Source of the DNA: an uncultured Nitrososphaerota archaeon
GTDB lineage: Archaea; Thermoproteota; Nitrososphaeria; Nitrososphaerales; CADDZS01
Assembly (NCBI GenBank): GCA_963799845.1
Contig: CAWCYI010000004.1
Location: forward strand, 1,120,001-1,184,000
Reading direction: 5' to 3'
Length of the DNA: 64,000 nt
Shown here: positions 54,736 through 62,372 of the stretch, piece by piece
Numbering within the stretch: position 1 is the stretch's first letter
How the letters are laid out: every line of letters starts with the position of its first letter
Made by a program: the position numbers and the translations under genes
The notes under the pieces: model-generated
The model's database searches: none
What the model saw: the letters and a program-made list of their open reading frames with translations, nothing else
Told to the model about the DNA's origin: nothing

Positions 54736-55746
54736 TTAGACCTTGATCCGAGGATCGATTATACCATACAGGATATCCGCTACAAGATTCGCAAAAACAA
54801 CTCCCAGCGTGAATAGAACTGTTATCCCCATGACGGAGGGAAAATCCAAGCTTTCGATTGACTGAGTTGCATAGTATCCTATGCCGGGCCACAAGAAGAT
54901 TGTCTCGATTACTATGGTTCCGCCGAGCAACGATCCAAGGAGAAGCCCCAGCACTGTCGTGGTGGGGATCATCGCATTCCTGACGGCGTGCCTCAATACG
55001 ACCGTTCTAGCTCCCAGTCCTTTCGCGTACGACGCCCTGATGAAATCCTTCCGAAATACTTCGAGCATTGAAGATCGCATGATTCTCGTAACGATCCCGA
55101 AGTATGTTAGAGCAAGTGCAGTGGCAGGCATGACTATGTGCCAGAGAGAGTCCTTGAGATCCACCCAGTTTCCCGTTATCAGGCTGTCGACGATATACAT
55201 TCCAGTATGTCTTGCTGGAGGTATCAGGCTGCTCGATAACTGACCGTTTGTTGGGAAGATGTTGAAGTAGTAACTAAAGACAAAGAGGAAAAGCAGGGCA
55301 ACGAAGAAAGGTGGAGAAGAAAAACCGGCCAGGTAAATCAGCCTGATGGAGTGGTCGATCTTTTTGTTTTGATACATCGCGGCGATTACCCCGGTAGGGA
55401 TGCCGATAATGATCGTGATTATTATTGCCGCGATCGCAGACTCGGCTGTCGCGGGAAAAAATAGTTGCAGATCGTAGAGAACTGGTCTGCCGGAGGTGGG
55501 GGAGACTCCCCAGTTACCCGTAATAAGATCTCTGAGATAGTAAACATACTGGACGTAAAGCGGATCTTTGAGGTGGAAACGGACGGCGAGCGCTGCGATC
55601 GCTTGGGGCGTGGCGTGGACACCCGCCCAAGCGCGTGCTGGATCTGGCACAGTTACCCTCGAAATGAAAAATGTGATGAAAGTGGTTCCGAGCAGGATCG
55701 GAATAATCAGTAGCAGACGCCTAACTATATAACTTGCTAGTCCCAA
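54736..55746 (-). CDS. oppB: Peptide ABC transporter permease
   Basis: 'RSSMLEV...AKGL...RHAVRNA', 'ADILYGIIDPR'. Confidence 0.95.
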   Translation of the reverse strand: MGLASYIVRRLLLIIPILLGTTFITFFISRVTVPDPARAWAGVHATPQAIAALAVRFHLKDPLYVQYVYYLRDLITGNWGVSPTSGRPVLYDLQLFFPATAESAIAAIIITIIIGIPTGVIAAMYQNKKIDHSIRLIYLAGFSSPPFFVALLFLFVFSYYFNIFPTNGQLSSSLIPPARHTGMYIVDSLITGNWVDLKDSLWHIVMPATALALTYFGIVTRIMRSSMLEVFRKDFIRASYAKGLGARTVVLRHAVRNAMIPTTTVLGLLLGSLLGGTIVIETIFLWPGIGYYATQSIESLDFPSVMGITVLFTLGVVFANLVADILYGIIDPRIKV

Positions 55747-55864
55747 ATCCTGGCCTCACTTTGTACTGTTTATGGAAGGCGCCCCTTTGCACTAGCGGAG
55801 GCGCTGGGGAACCTGTGTACGCAGTTGGCTCGTTTCCTAACCTATTATTTCTTGCGCGAACAGA

Positions 55865-56119
55865 TTAGGTGCCGCAAGAACCAGTCATGGTCACATTGTT
55901 GAAGTCAATACCGTTGAAGGCAGTGTTATACCACATTCCAGTTACGCAGGTGTTCCAGATGTACGGACCTATACCTGCGCCTGGATCGAAGAGATCGAGA
56001 TCCTGTCCTAACCAGATGAATCCAGCCTGTTGGACTAGATCGCTTGTGATCTGTGATATTTCCTGAGCCCTGAGAGTGGAGTTCAGCTGAGAATTGCTCT
56101 CAACGATCAGGTTAGCTAT
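55865..56119 (-). pseudogene. 3' part (last 81 codons) of the interrupted ABC substrate-binding protein gene
   Basis: Removing the element and one TSD copy joins '...NFHNQTIAN' in frame to 'LIVESNSQLNSTLRAQEISQ...FNGIDFNNVTMTGSCGT*' (TAA at 55865-55867). Confidence 0.92.
56112..56119 (+). repeat. Target-site duplication, left copy (TTAGCTAT; GTTAGCTATC if read as 10 bp)
   Basis: Identical to 59543-59550. Confidence 0.93.
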
Positions 56120-56201
56120 CAGACTAGACTAAATAAGAAAGACATAGAAGCATAAGCAAGAAGAGAGGCTACCCAACACACGCAACACACACACACACTC
56201 A
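56120..56201 (+). repeat. Left terminal inverted repeat (82 bp)
   Basis: CAGACTAGACTAAATAAGAAAGACATAGAAGCATAAGCAAGAAGAGAGGCTACCCAACACACGCAACACACACACACACTCA is the exact reverse complement of 59461-59542. Confidence 0.97.
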
Positions 56202-56333
56202 TTTCTTATTGAAACAAAGTGCTCTATGATTCTTGAAACAATACTCACAAACTTTAGAATTGTGAAAAGGGCAATATCTGAAATAAACTGATAATGCTCT
56301 ATTACAATCTGCGCATGTTTCCAGAGTTTGCAT
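56199..56333 (-). CDS. Element miniprotein, 44 aa, AN1/B-box-like zinc finger
   Basis: Hand translation MQTLETCADCNRALSVYFRYCPFHNSKVCEYCFKNHRALCFNKK*. The ATG abuts the upstream TAG, and the stop TGA is the inner end of the left TIR. Confidence 0.7.
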   Translation of the reverse strand: MQTLETCADCNRALSVYFRYCPFHNSKVCEYCFKNHRALCFNKK

Positions 56334-56471
56334 CTACATTCTTTCTGTATTTCTCTTTAGTTTAGAGCGCTCTCTGTCTGCCTTCAGGTCTGCTTTCAAA
56401 ATCTCTCTTTCTTGTTTAGAAAGTTCTTTTCGAATATTCCTGAATGCTTTCTTGATTTCTCTGTCTACCAT
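56334..56471 (-). CDS. Element miniprotein, 45 aa, basic coiled-coil
   Basis: MVDREIKKAFRNIRKELSKQEREILKADLKADRERSKLKRNTERM*, 4 nt after the upstream stop. Confidence 0.6.
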   Translation of the reverse strand: MVDREIKKAFRNIRKELSKQEREILKADLKADRERSKLKRNTERM

Positions 56472-56475
56472 TTTC

Positions 56476-56622
56476 TCACATTCTCTCTAATGCGGTTCTA
56501 GCACTTTGAACCATATTCAAACGCTGTTTTCTCTTTCTCTCTTCCTCTTCGAGTTTCATTTTTCTTAATTTCTGTGCGTCTATTTCGTTTTCTGTTTCTT
56601 CATACTTTGCTTTATCATTCAT
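56476..56622 (-). CDS. Element miniprotein, 48 aa, charged helix
   Basis: MNDKAKYEETENEIDAQKLRKMKLEEEERKRKQRLNMVQSARTALERM*, ATGA overlap with the upstream gene. Confidence 0.62.
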   Translation of the reverse strand: MNDKAKYEETENEIDAQKLRKMKLEEEERKRKQRLNMVQSARTALERM

Positions 56623-56816
56623 AATTTCTCAACTTTACCTCTAGATTTATCGCCATACTTTTTCTGAAATTCCTCTAAATTTTTCACTTCGAATACTTGA
56701 TGTTGCTGTTTTGTATGAGCAATTGCGTCTTTTTTCGAATTGAGATACCCTCTGCATGTTGGATAAGTGCAGTAGTAAGTTTTCTGTTTTCTATGTAGTC
56801 CTAACAATTTAATCAA
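56619..56816 (-). CDS. Element miniprotein, 65 aa, C2H2 zinc finger
   Basis: 'YYCTYPTCRGYLNSKKDAIAHTKQQH', TTGA overlap with the upstream gene. Confidence 0.75.
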   Translation of the reverse strand: MIKLLGLHRKQKTYYCTYPTCRGYLNSKKDAIAHTKQQHQVFEVKNLEEFQKKYGDKSRGKVEKL

Positions 56817-56983
56817 ACTCTGTCTTTATACCGTTCATCATAACTGATTTCCTCTTCTCTCTGAATTGCTTCCTTTTCTCTTTGTAATCGTTTTGCTCTA
56901 ATTTCTTGTTTCATTTTCTCTGCCCTTTCTCCGTGAACTTTTGTCGTTTCAAACACTTCCAAAATGTATTTTCTTAAATTCAC
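56813..56983 (-). CDS. Element miniprotein, 56 aa, charged helix
   Basis: MNLRKYILEVFETTKVHGERAEKMKQEIRAKRLQREKEAIQREEEISYDERYKDRV*, GTGA overlap with the upstream gene. Confidence 0.62.
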   Translation of the reverse strand: MNLRKYILEVFETTKVHGERAEKMKQEIRAKRLQREKEAIQREEEISYDERYKDRV

Positions 56984-57132
56984 TTCGCAGTTTTCCGTTT
57001 AGCCTTTAGGGCATAATAGCGCTGTAACTGATATTCTATGCGTTCTCTTCTATGCGTGTAGTAATACTTTGTTTGGTAGACCAAACGTTCAAGTCTATAC
57101 ACTTTATTTTCTAATTGCTTTATTCTGTCCAT
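56980..57132 (-). CDS. Element miniprotein, 50 aa, basic and Tyr-rich
   Basis: MDRIKQLENKVYRLERLVYQTKYYYTHRRERIEYQLQRYYALKAKRKTAK*, 4 nt after the upstream stop. Confidence 0.62.
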   Translation of the reverse strand: MDRIKQLENKVYRLERLVYQTKYYYTHRRERIEYQLQRYYALKAKRKTAK

Positions 57133-57136
57133 AGTC

Positions 57137-57466
57137 TCAACTTGATGTTAATTTTACAAATCTGCCGTTCTTCGCCCTAGCAACGAGTATCTTTCTACCA
57201 TTTCGATTAACAGTGTCTAATCTGTAAAATGGGGAAATTCTAGGTCTAGGTCTTTCTACGATTTTTCTTTCTTTAACGCTTAGACGTTCTGGTTTTACTA
57301 GTCCCTTTTCTTTCCATTGGTCTAATTGTGCTTGAACTAGTCTATCGTTTCCATTGAAGAGATTAACAAGTTGTGATTCATCCTTTCTACCCTCTTCTCT
57401 AACAATGCGTTTTAGAAAATCGAGTGCATCCTTATAGTGAGAATGTTCAGAACGTCTATGCACCAA
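57137..57466 (-). CDS. Element protein, 109 aa, possible wHTH with C-terminal RxxxGRF motif
   Basis: 'LVQAQLDQWKEKGLV' resembles a wHTH; ends 'VARAKNGRFVK'. Confidence 0.7.
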   Translation of the reverse strand: MVHRRSEHSHYKDALDFLKRIVREEGRKDESQLVNLFNGNDRLVQAQLDQWKEKGLVKPERLSVKERKIVERPRPRISPFYRLDTVNRNGRKILVARAKNGRFVKLTSS

Positions 57467-57468
57467 AA

Positions 57469-57768
57469 CTAATATTCACTTCTAAATTGTGCTAGAATAA
57501 TCGAGTGTCTTTGAATGCAAAAGAAACAAAGCCTAAACGGCATATTGATAACGCTCTCATAGTTAGAGCAAAATAACCATACTGTTTTTCGTATGTTACA
57601 TTCTGAGCAAAATCGACGACTTCGAGATAAGGAAATATCGAAGGTATCGCGTAGACTCCCATCTCTCACTCTAACGCTTCCATTATTGGAAACTGGCGAG
57701 TTGTAGACTAAATCCTCAAAATTCTTTGAGGAACGATCACTGTTTACGCTTTCTATCTTCGAGAGCAT
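57469..57768 (-). CDS. Element protein, 99 aa, C4 zinc finger
   Basis: 'CSEC ... CFFC'. Confidence 0.65.
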   Translation of the reverse strand: MLSKIESVNSDRSSKNFEDLVYNSPVSNNGSVRVRDGSLRDTFDISLSRSRRFCSECNIRKTVWLFCSNYESVINMPFRLCFFCIQRHSIILAQFRSEY

Positions 57769-57775
57769 AATTCAT

Positions 57776-58063
57776 TCACTTCTTTTTTTCAGGAATATGA
57801 TTCCCGTTTGAATCAGTGGAAAGTTCTCCAGTTTCTAGCGGAGCAAAAGAAATATTTTCGTTTTCATCTTCGATTAATTCTCCAGAGTCAATTAGTAGTT
57901 TAATAACTTCATCTTTTACATAACGGCTCGTATGTCCTGATTTTAGAGCAAGAACCGCGATTGCCTTTCGCTTCGCACATGGAACAATCGTTTTCAAAAC
58001 TTTGAAGGCAAACTGCCTACTTTTCTTATTATCATCCATCGGGTCTATAGTGCCAAAAACCAT
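57776..58063 (-). CDS. Element protein, 95 aa, possible winged-helix DNA-binding protein
   Basis: 'LKSGHTSRYVKDEVIKLLIDSGELIE'. Confidence 0.68.
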   Translation of the reverse strand: MVFGTIDPMDDNKKSRQFAFKVLKTIVPCAKRKAIAVLALKSGHTSRYVKDEVIKLLIDSGELIEDENENISFAPLETGELSTDSNGNHIPEKKK

Positions 58064-58065
58064 TT

Positions 58066-58233
58066 TCAGTTCTCACTATATACTGTTCGTAAACCTACAC
58101 GTTCAGCACAACTATAGCATATTCCGATACGTTGAGAGACAATCCAACATAGTTCTAAATCCCTCACTTGATTCTTGCAGTATCCGCATTTGTAATAAGT
58201 CAGGTGATTTTCTTCATACTGAGTCTCTAACAT
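58066..58233 (-). CDS. Element miniprotein, 55 aa, C4 zinc finger (first gene of the left arm)
   Basis: Hand translation MLETQYEENHLTYYKCGYCKNQVRDLELCWIVSQRIGICYSCAERVGLRTVYSEN*; the stop is 2 nt before the next ATG. Confidence 0.68.
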   Translation of the reverse strand: MLETQYEENHLTYYKCGYCKNQVRDLELCWIVSQRIGICYSCAERVGLRTVYSEN

Positions 58234-58298
58234 TATTTCTTTCCCAAAAGATAGGGTTCGTAAACCCTTAACTATCGCCTTAAAGTAAAACTAACCTC
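58234..58298. promoter_or_regulatory. Divergent intergenic/promoter region of the element, with hairpin
   Basis: The only sizeable non-coding gap (65 bp) inside the element, lying between divergent ATGs. Contains the hairpin AGGGTT-CGTA-AACCCT (58253-58268). Confidence 0.55.
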
Positions 58299-58760
58299 AT
58301 GCCACTTAGTAAGGAACGAATGAAAGACTACATGAAAAAATACCGTAAGAGGAATCCTGATTATCAATTTGAAGATAAAATTGCGTCTAGAATGCGAATG
58401 AGACAACGAAGGAAGAGATTTTCAAAACTCGGAGATTCTCCAATCAGTAATACGATAACTGAGGAAAATACCCTTAGAGAAAGAGCAGACTCGCTTTCAA
58501 AGAAAATTGTGAAACATAATCCTAACCTTAATGAGAATGAATTCAAGACGGAAGAAACAATTTTAGAATTGATGAAAACCATTCAGCAATTTGATTCTGA
58601 ACCCAATTACGAATTCTTTCTTAGGTATGTTGCCGAATATTATTGGAAAATAAAAAACGCTCGCACTTTGCCAATACAAAAACTCGTTCAACAATTTGAA
58701 CCGAAATATCTGCGTGCTACAGAGAGATATTTCGAGATTTATCTTAAGGGGAGAATTTAG
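58299..58760 (+). CDS. Element protein, 153 aa, very basic N-terminus (candidate integrase partner/DNA-binding subunit)
   Basis: 'MPLSKERMKDYMKKYRKRNP...RMRMRQRRKR'; the stop is 1 nt before the integrase ATG. Confidence 0.75.
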   Translation: MPLSKERMKDYMKKYRKRNPDYQFEDKIASRMRMRQRRKRFSKLGDSPISNTITEENTLRERADSLSKKIVKHNPNLNENEFKTEETILELMKTIQQFDSEPNYEFFLRYVAEYYWKIKNARTLPIQKLVQQFEPKYLRATERYFEIYLKGRI

Positions 58761-58761
58761 T

Positions 58762-59463
58762 ATGCTCGAAGTTATCACAAAGCCGAATTCTCTTTGGGTT
58801 GCAGATTTCTGTTTTCTCACTCGAAGAATACCTAAGAAGTTTCACGATTACCGTCTATACAATAAACCGCACACTCCTAGACCTAGAGGAAATACACGAA
58901 TCAATATCGGGGAAAATGTAGTCTTTCTGCCTAAATGGTTGCGTTGGAATTACGATAGTTCTCAGTTCAATAAATGGACTAGACGAGAATTCAAACCTAA
59001 AGATAGAATCAAAGTCTATGATTCTCCAGTGGTTCTATTCGCTATTCAAGATGTGGCATCTCGTCTGATAGTGCATGCTTGTCTAAAACATGCACCAAAA
59101 GAAATTGTTTCACGGTCTTATCAGTATCCTCACTGGTTCAAATTAGACGAATGCCTTAAACAATCTCTTCAAACTCTGCCTAACTATTCTCATAAACTTC
59201 ATTTCGCTTTAGATTCAATGATTCAGAGAAAATATTCAAAGAGTGTTTTGGGTAAATGGATAGATACCTTTCCAATTACTAGCGAGAGTAAGTTTCTAAG
59301 TTCAACACTCGAAGCATTTTTCGGGAGATTACAATACGAGTTTCGAGACGATCTAACTCAAAAGAACCTAGATACTTACATCAAATTTTGGAATAATGAA
59401 AGGACAATGAAGGTTTTGAATAATAAGACCCCTTCGAGCATTTACTATTCAGATTACTATTGA
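58762..59463 (+). CDS. rve-type (IS3/IS481/retroviral integrase-like) DDE transposase core, 233 aa
   Basis: 'PNSLWVADF' (D1), 'LFAIQDVASRLIV', 'HFALDS' (candidate D2), 'LEAFFGRLQYEF' (E), 'YIKFWNNERTMKVLNNKTP'. The stop TGA is the inner end of the right TIR. Confidence 0.85.
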   Translation: MLEVITKPNSLWVADFCFLTRRIPKKFHDYRLYNKPHTPRPRGNTRINIGENVVFLPKWLRWNYDSSQFNKWTRREFKPKDRIKVYDSPVVLFAIQDVASRLIVHACLKHAPKEIVSRSYQYPHWFKLDECLKQSLQTLPNYSHKLHFALDSMIQRKYSKSVLGKWIDTFPITSESKFLSSTLEAFFGRLQYEFRDDLTQKNLDTYIKFWNNERTMKVLNNKTPSSIYYSDYY

Positions 59464-59542
59464 GTGTGTGTGTGTGTTGCGTGTGTTGGGTAGCCTCTCT
59501 TCTTGCTTATGCTTCTATGTCTTTCTTATTTAGTCTAGTCTG
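59461..59542 (-). repeat. Right terminal inverted repeat (82 bp)
   Basis: Exact reverse complement of 56120-56201. Confidence 0.97.
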
Positions 59543-59550
59543 TTAGCTAT
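59543..59550 (+). repeat. Target-site duplication, right copy
   Basis: TTAGCTAT, identical to 56112-56119. Confidence 0.93.
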
Positions 59551-61251
59551 CGTTTGGTTGTGGAAGTTTCCGAATGTGTTAAACTGAGAGTCCACGATAA
59601 ATTCGTATGCACTGAAATCCGGATAATATGTCCAGTTGATCATGACCATGTACGGCGCTGTTGAATTTGCGCCGGGAGTGTCCTGAAGACCTATTAGGGC
59701 GGTGGCTGTCAGTTCCTGAGTCTGGATATTGATTCCAATAGCGCCGAGATCCTGCTTGACGATCTGTACGACCAGCGCAGCGTAAGCGCTAGTGTACCAG
59801 TCGAGGTTGATCGTCGGGAACCCCTGTCCATTCGGATATCCGGCCTGCGCCAGTAATTTCTTGGCGTTAGAAACATTGTATGGAAGATTTTGTATTGAGC
59901 TGTTGTAATAATTGAATATGCTTGGCATTGGACCTACAACTGGCTGCGCATAACCATCGTAAACAATGGACTGGATCTGCGAGATGTTTATCGCTTCAAT
60001 CATCGCCTGCCTTACGAGAGTGTTGTTGGTTGGACTTTTCAAAGAGTCAATGTTTATCCACTCAATCGAGCCAGACGTACCGGTGTTTGGTATGTAACAG
60101 GTCGTGCACGCCGATAATACGCTCTTGATGTCGTTGAACGATACGATTGCTGATTGTACTTTTCCAGTCTCCAAATCTTCGGTCCTTGTGAGCTCATCAG
60201 TCGGGTATTGAATCAAAACCTTCGGTATCTTTGCAGGTTCCAAGATCAGATTGCTGGTCATGTTCTGCCCCCAGTAGTGAGGATTTGCGATCAGGAGAGC
60301 GTATTGATTGACAACATATGTTTGAGTGATGTAAGGAGCATCCCCAACTGTGCTGCCATTTACAGACATCCATGAGTTTGGGGTGTTGAGAGCTACGCCA
60401 CCATTTTGTTGCACAACATAGGGATCAACAAATACCCAAGGTGCCGTATCGATGCTCTCCAAGAATGCCACGAATGGATTTGTCAAATGGAACTGGACTG
60501 CGGTTGAATTCACCACGGTAACACTATTGGCAGGATTCTGCATAATTTGTAGCAACGTTGAATTGGATCCTGGAGCGTTCAGAGCATTATCGAGGGAGTT
60601 AACATCTCCGGGTGTCACTCCAGAGGTATTGAAATATGTGAAGAAGATGAAATCGGCAGCCTGGTTAATGATGAGATCTCTGTAGATATTGTACCAGACA
60701 ACGTACGCGTTGAAAGGATCTCCGTTGTCGTAGTAAACGCCTGATCGCAGGTTAAAGGTGTAAGTGAGACCGTTTGCGCTCTGACTCCAGCTATCGGATA
60801 GCACTGGGATTAGGGTCGTGCAGCTGGGATTAGCGCAGAACGTCAGAGGAAGTTGGGTGTTCTGGGCTATCTCCAGACCATTGTTATCTATTGCCGCCGC
60901 CGGATCGCCGGTCGTTGGCGCGGAACCTTCATCGACGATCAGCTCTTGAGTCGAGGAAGATGATGAGCTGGATGATGAGGAGCTAGAGGACGAGGAGCTT
61001 GATGAAGAAGAACTAGAAGATGAAACAGGAGAAGTTGACGACGATTGAGATGTGGTTGGGGTTTGTGAGGACGAACTCGTCACAGGTGGAGCAGAACTGG
61101 AAGACGAAGTGGTTACAGGAATAGTGGTTGTAGTGGTTGACTTTGGAAGTGCCACATAGATACCAGCAGCAGCGATTATTATTATGACAATAACGACGAT
61201 TGCAATAACGGCCCTTGAAACGGCTCGGTTTCTATTCTTGGAAAGATTCAT
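59543..61251 (-). pseudogene. ABC substrate-binding protein family 5, 5' part, truncated by the TIR element
   Basis: Membrane anchor, Ser-rich linker, 'WSQSANGLTYTFNLRSGV'. It now reads into the TIR and stops after 'ANRLD*'. Likely ATG at 61251. Confidence 0.92.
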
Positions 61252-61274
61252 TGACAATCGCCCCAAGCACGGTT

Positions 61275-61282
61275 TATTTATA
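61275..61282 (-). promoter_or_regulatory. TATA box of the SBP/opp operon
   Basis: TATAAATA on the minus strand, about 24-31 nt upstream of ATG 61251. Confidence 0.6.
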
Positions 61283-61283
61283 C

Positions 61284-62372
61284 TAGGAGTTACGCGGTTG
61301 ACCCAAGAAGATAGATTGGGTGTGCAATGTCACTCCTTATCGCATCTCTGACGATTCTCGCCTTCGCTTCGTACCAGCTTATCCCGGTCATCAATCTGCA
61401 CAATTCTAGACGTATGAACGCCCTTATTGACATGTGGATGTGATTCAGAATGGATGTCGCCTTCCTGACCTGAGCCCTCTCAATGCCACAACACTGCTTG
61501 ACTCCTCTGTGGTACTCCTCGATTCCCCATCCTTGGTCAGAGAGTTCATCTCTCTTTTCCTCATTCATCCCAACGTCATCGGTAGCCCAGTGTTCAATGT
61601 CTCCTTTCTTGGAGGCTGTCCTGAACACCCTGACCATTCCGAATCCCATGAGATGAACCGTGGTTCCCTCAGGCGGGATCTCCACGTCCTTGATTGGTTT
61701 GTTTCCTTTTTTTCTGCCCGTTGGATTGACGAGCCTGTTCTCCTTGAGGCGGCAGAAGAAATGCCACCCGAGCTCCCTTGCGATGAGCTTCAGATTTTCC
61801 ATGCTCGAGTACCAGCTGTCAAAGAGGACGTATTTTGGTTCCATCCCTCTCTGCTTTGCAACCAACAACATGTCCTGGAAGTGATCGTTCTTGGTGAGAC
61901 CGTCTTTTGACGCATTGTAGAGTCTAAAGTCACATGGAATGAGGGCGTTACCATCGCTCCATAGTGTTGTGATGAGATTTATCCCCTTCACCACACTGTG
62001 GTGTTTTCCGCTCCAGTGGTACGTGACGTAATCCATCTTCTCCGCGTACGGTTTGTCCAGAGTTGAATCATCGACTATCAGTACTCCTCCCGCAGTAACG
62101 GCGATGATCCTCTTCGCCTCATCCCAGAGCGCTTCTGTATCCGCAGGCAGTCTCTCCAGAAGGCGGGTGAAGCTATCGTGTGCTGGCGGCGTGACTCCTG
62201 CATCATCATCAGGCTGACATCTAGCAGCTTCGGTGCAAGCGAATGATTTCTGGGATGCTATCAGGAAGTCTATGTAGTCATTGTCATCGCATTTTGGAGG
62301 GTTCATGCAGCGTCTGATGAACCAGAGAAACAATCCTGGCCAAATTCTTTTCGGCCAAATGCGTAACTCCTA
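61284..62372 (-). mobile_element. IS701-family-like insertion sequence (1089 bp)
   Basis: TIRs TAGGAGTTACGC (12 bp perfect, 17/20 extended) and a 5-bp TSD TATAC at 61279-61283 and 62373-62377. Confidence 0.9.
61290..62306 (-). CDS. IS701-family DDE transposase
   Basis: 'AHDSFTRLL', 'LIVDDSTLDKPY', 'VLFDSWYSS', 'WGIEEYHRGVKQCCG'. Confidence 0.92.
   Translation of the reverse strand: MNPPKCDDNDYIDFLIASQKSFACTEAARCQPDDDAGVTPPAHDSFTRLLERLPADTEALWDEAKRIIAVTAGGVLIVDDSTLDKPYAEKMDYVTYHWSGKHHSVVKGINLITTLWSDGNALIPCDFRLYNASKDGLTKNDHFQDMLLVAKQRGMEPKYVLFDSWYSSMENLKLIARELGWHFFCRLKENRLVNPTGRKKGNKPIKDVEIPPEGTTVHLMGFGMVRVFRTASKKGDIEHWATDDVGMNEEKRDELSDQGWGIEEYHRGVKQCCGIERAQVRKATSILNHIHMSIRAFIRLELCRLMTGISWYEAKARIVRDAIRSDIAHPIYLLGSTA

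Larger units (their letters stand above)
56120..59542. mobile_element. Unclassified TIR-bounded, rve/DDE-integrase-encoding element with miniprotein cargo (3423 bp)
   Basis: Perfect 82-bp TIRs, flanking TSD, a host gene restored in frame on removal, an AT-richer interior, a DDE integrase gene and 11 further small ORFs. Confidence 0.95.

Noticed and set aside
56172-56198. (CA)n tract as eukaryotic contamination or an assembly artefact
   Set aside because: It is mirrored exactly in both TIRs and bounded by a TSD inside an archaeal gene that is restored in frame.
56120-59542. Casposon, Polinton-like element or provirus
   Set aside because: No Cas1, family B polymerase, packaging ATPase or recognisable capsid protein, and the element is too small.
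56111-59551. TIR element acting as an archaeal intron, since the TIRs would pair and bring the SBP halves together
   Set aside because: No bulge-helix-bulge is visible at the junctions. The target duplication and DDE integrase indicate ordinary transposition, and the host frame stops within the TIR.
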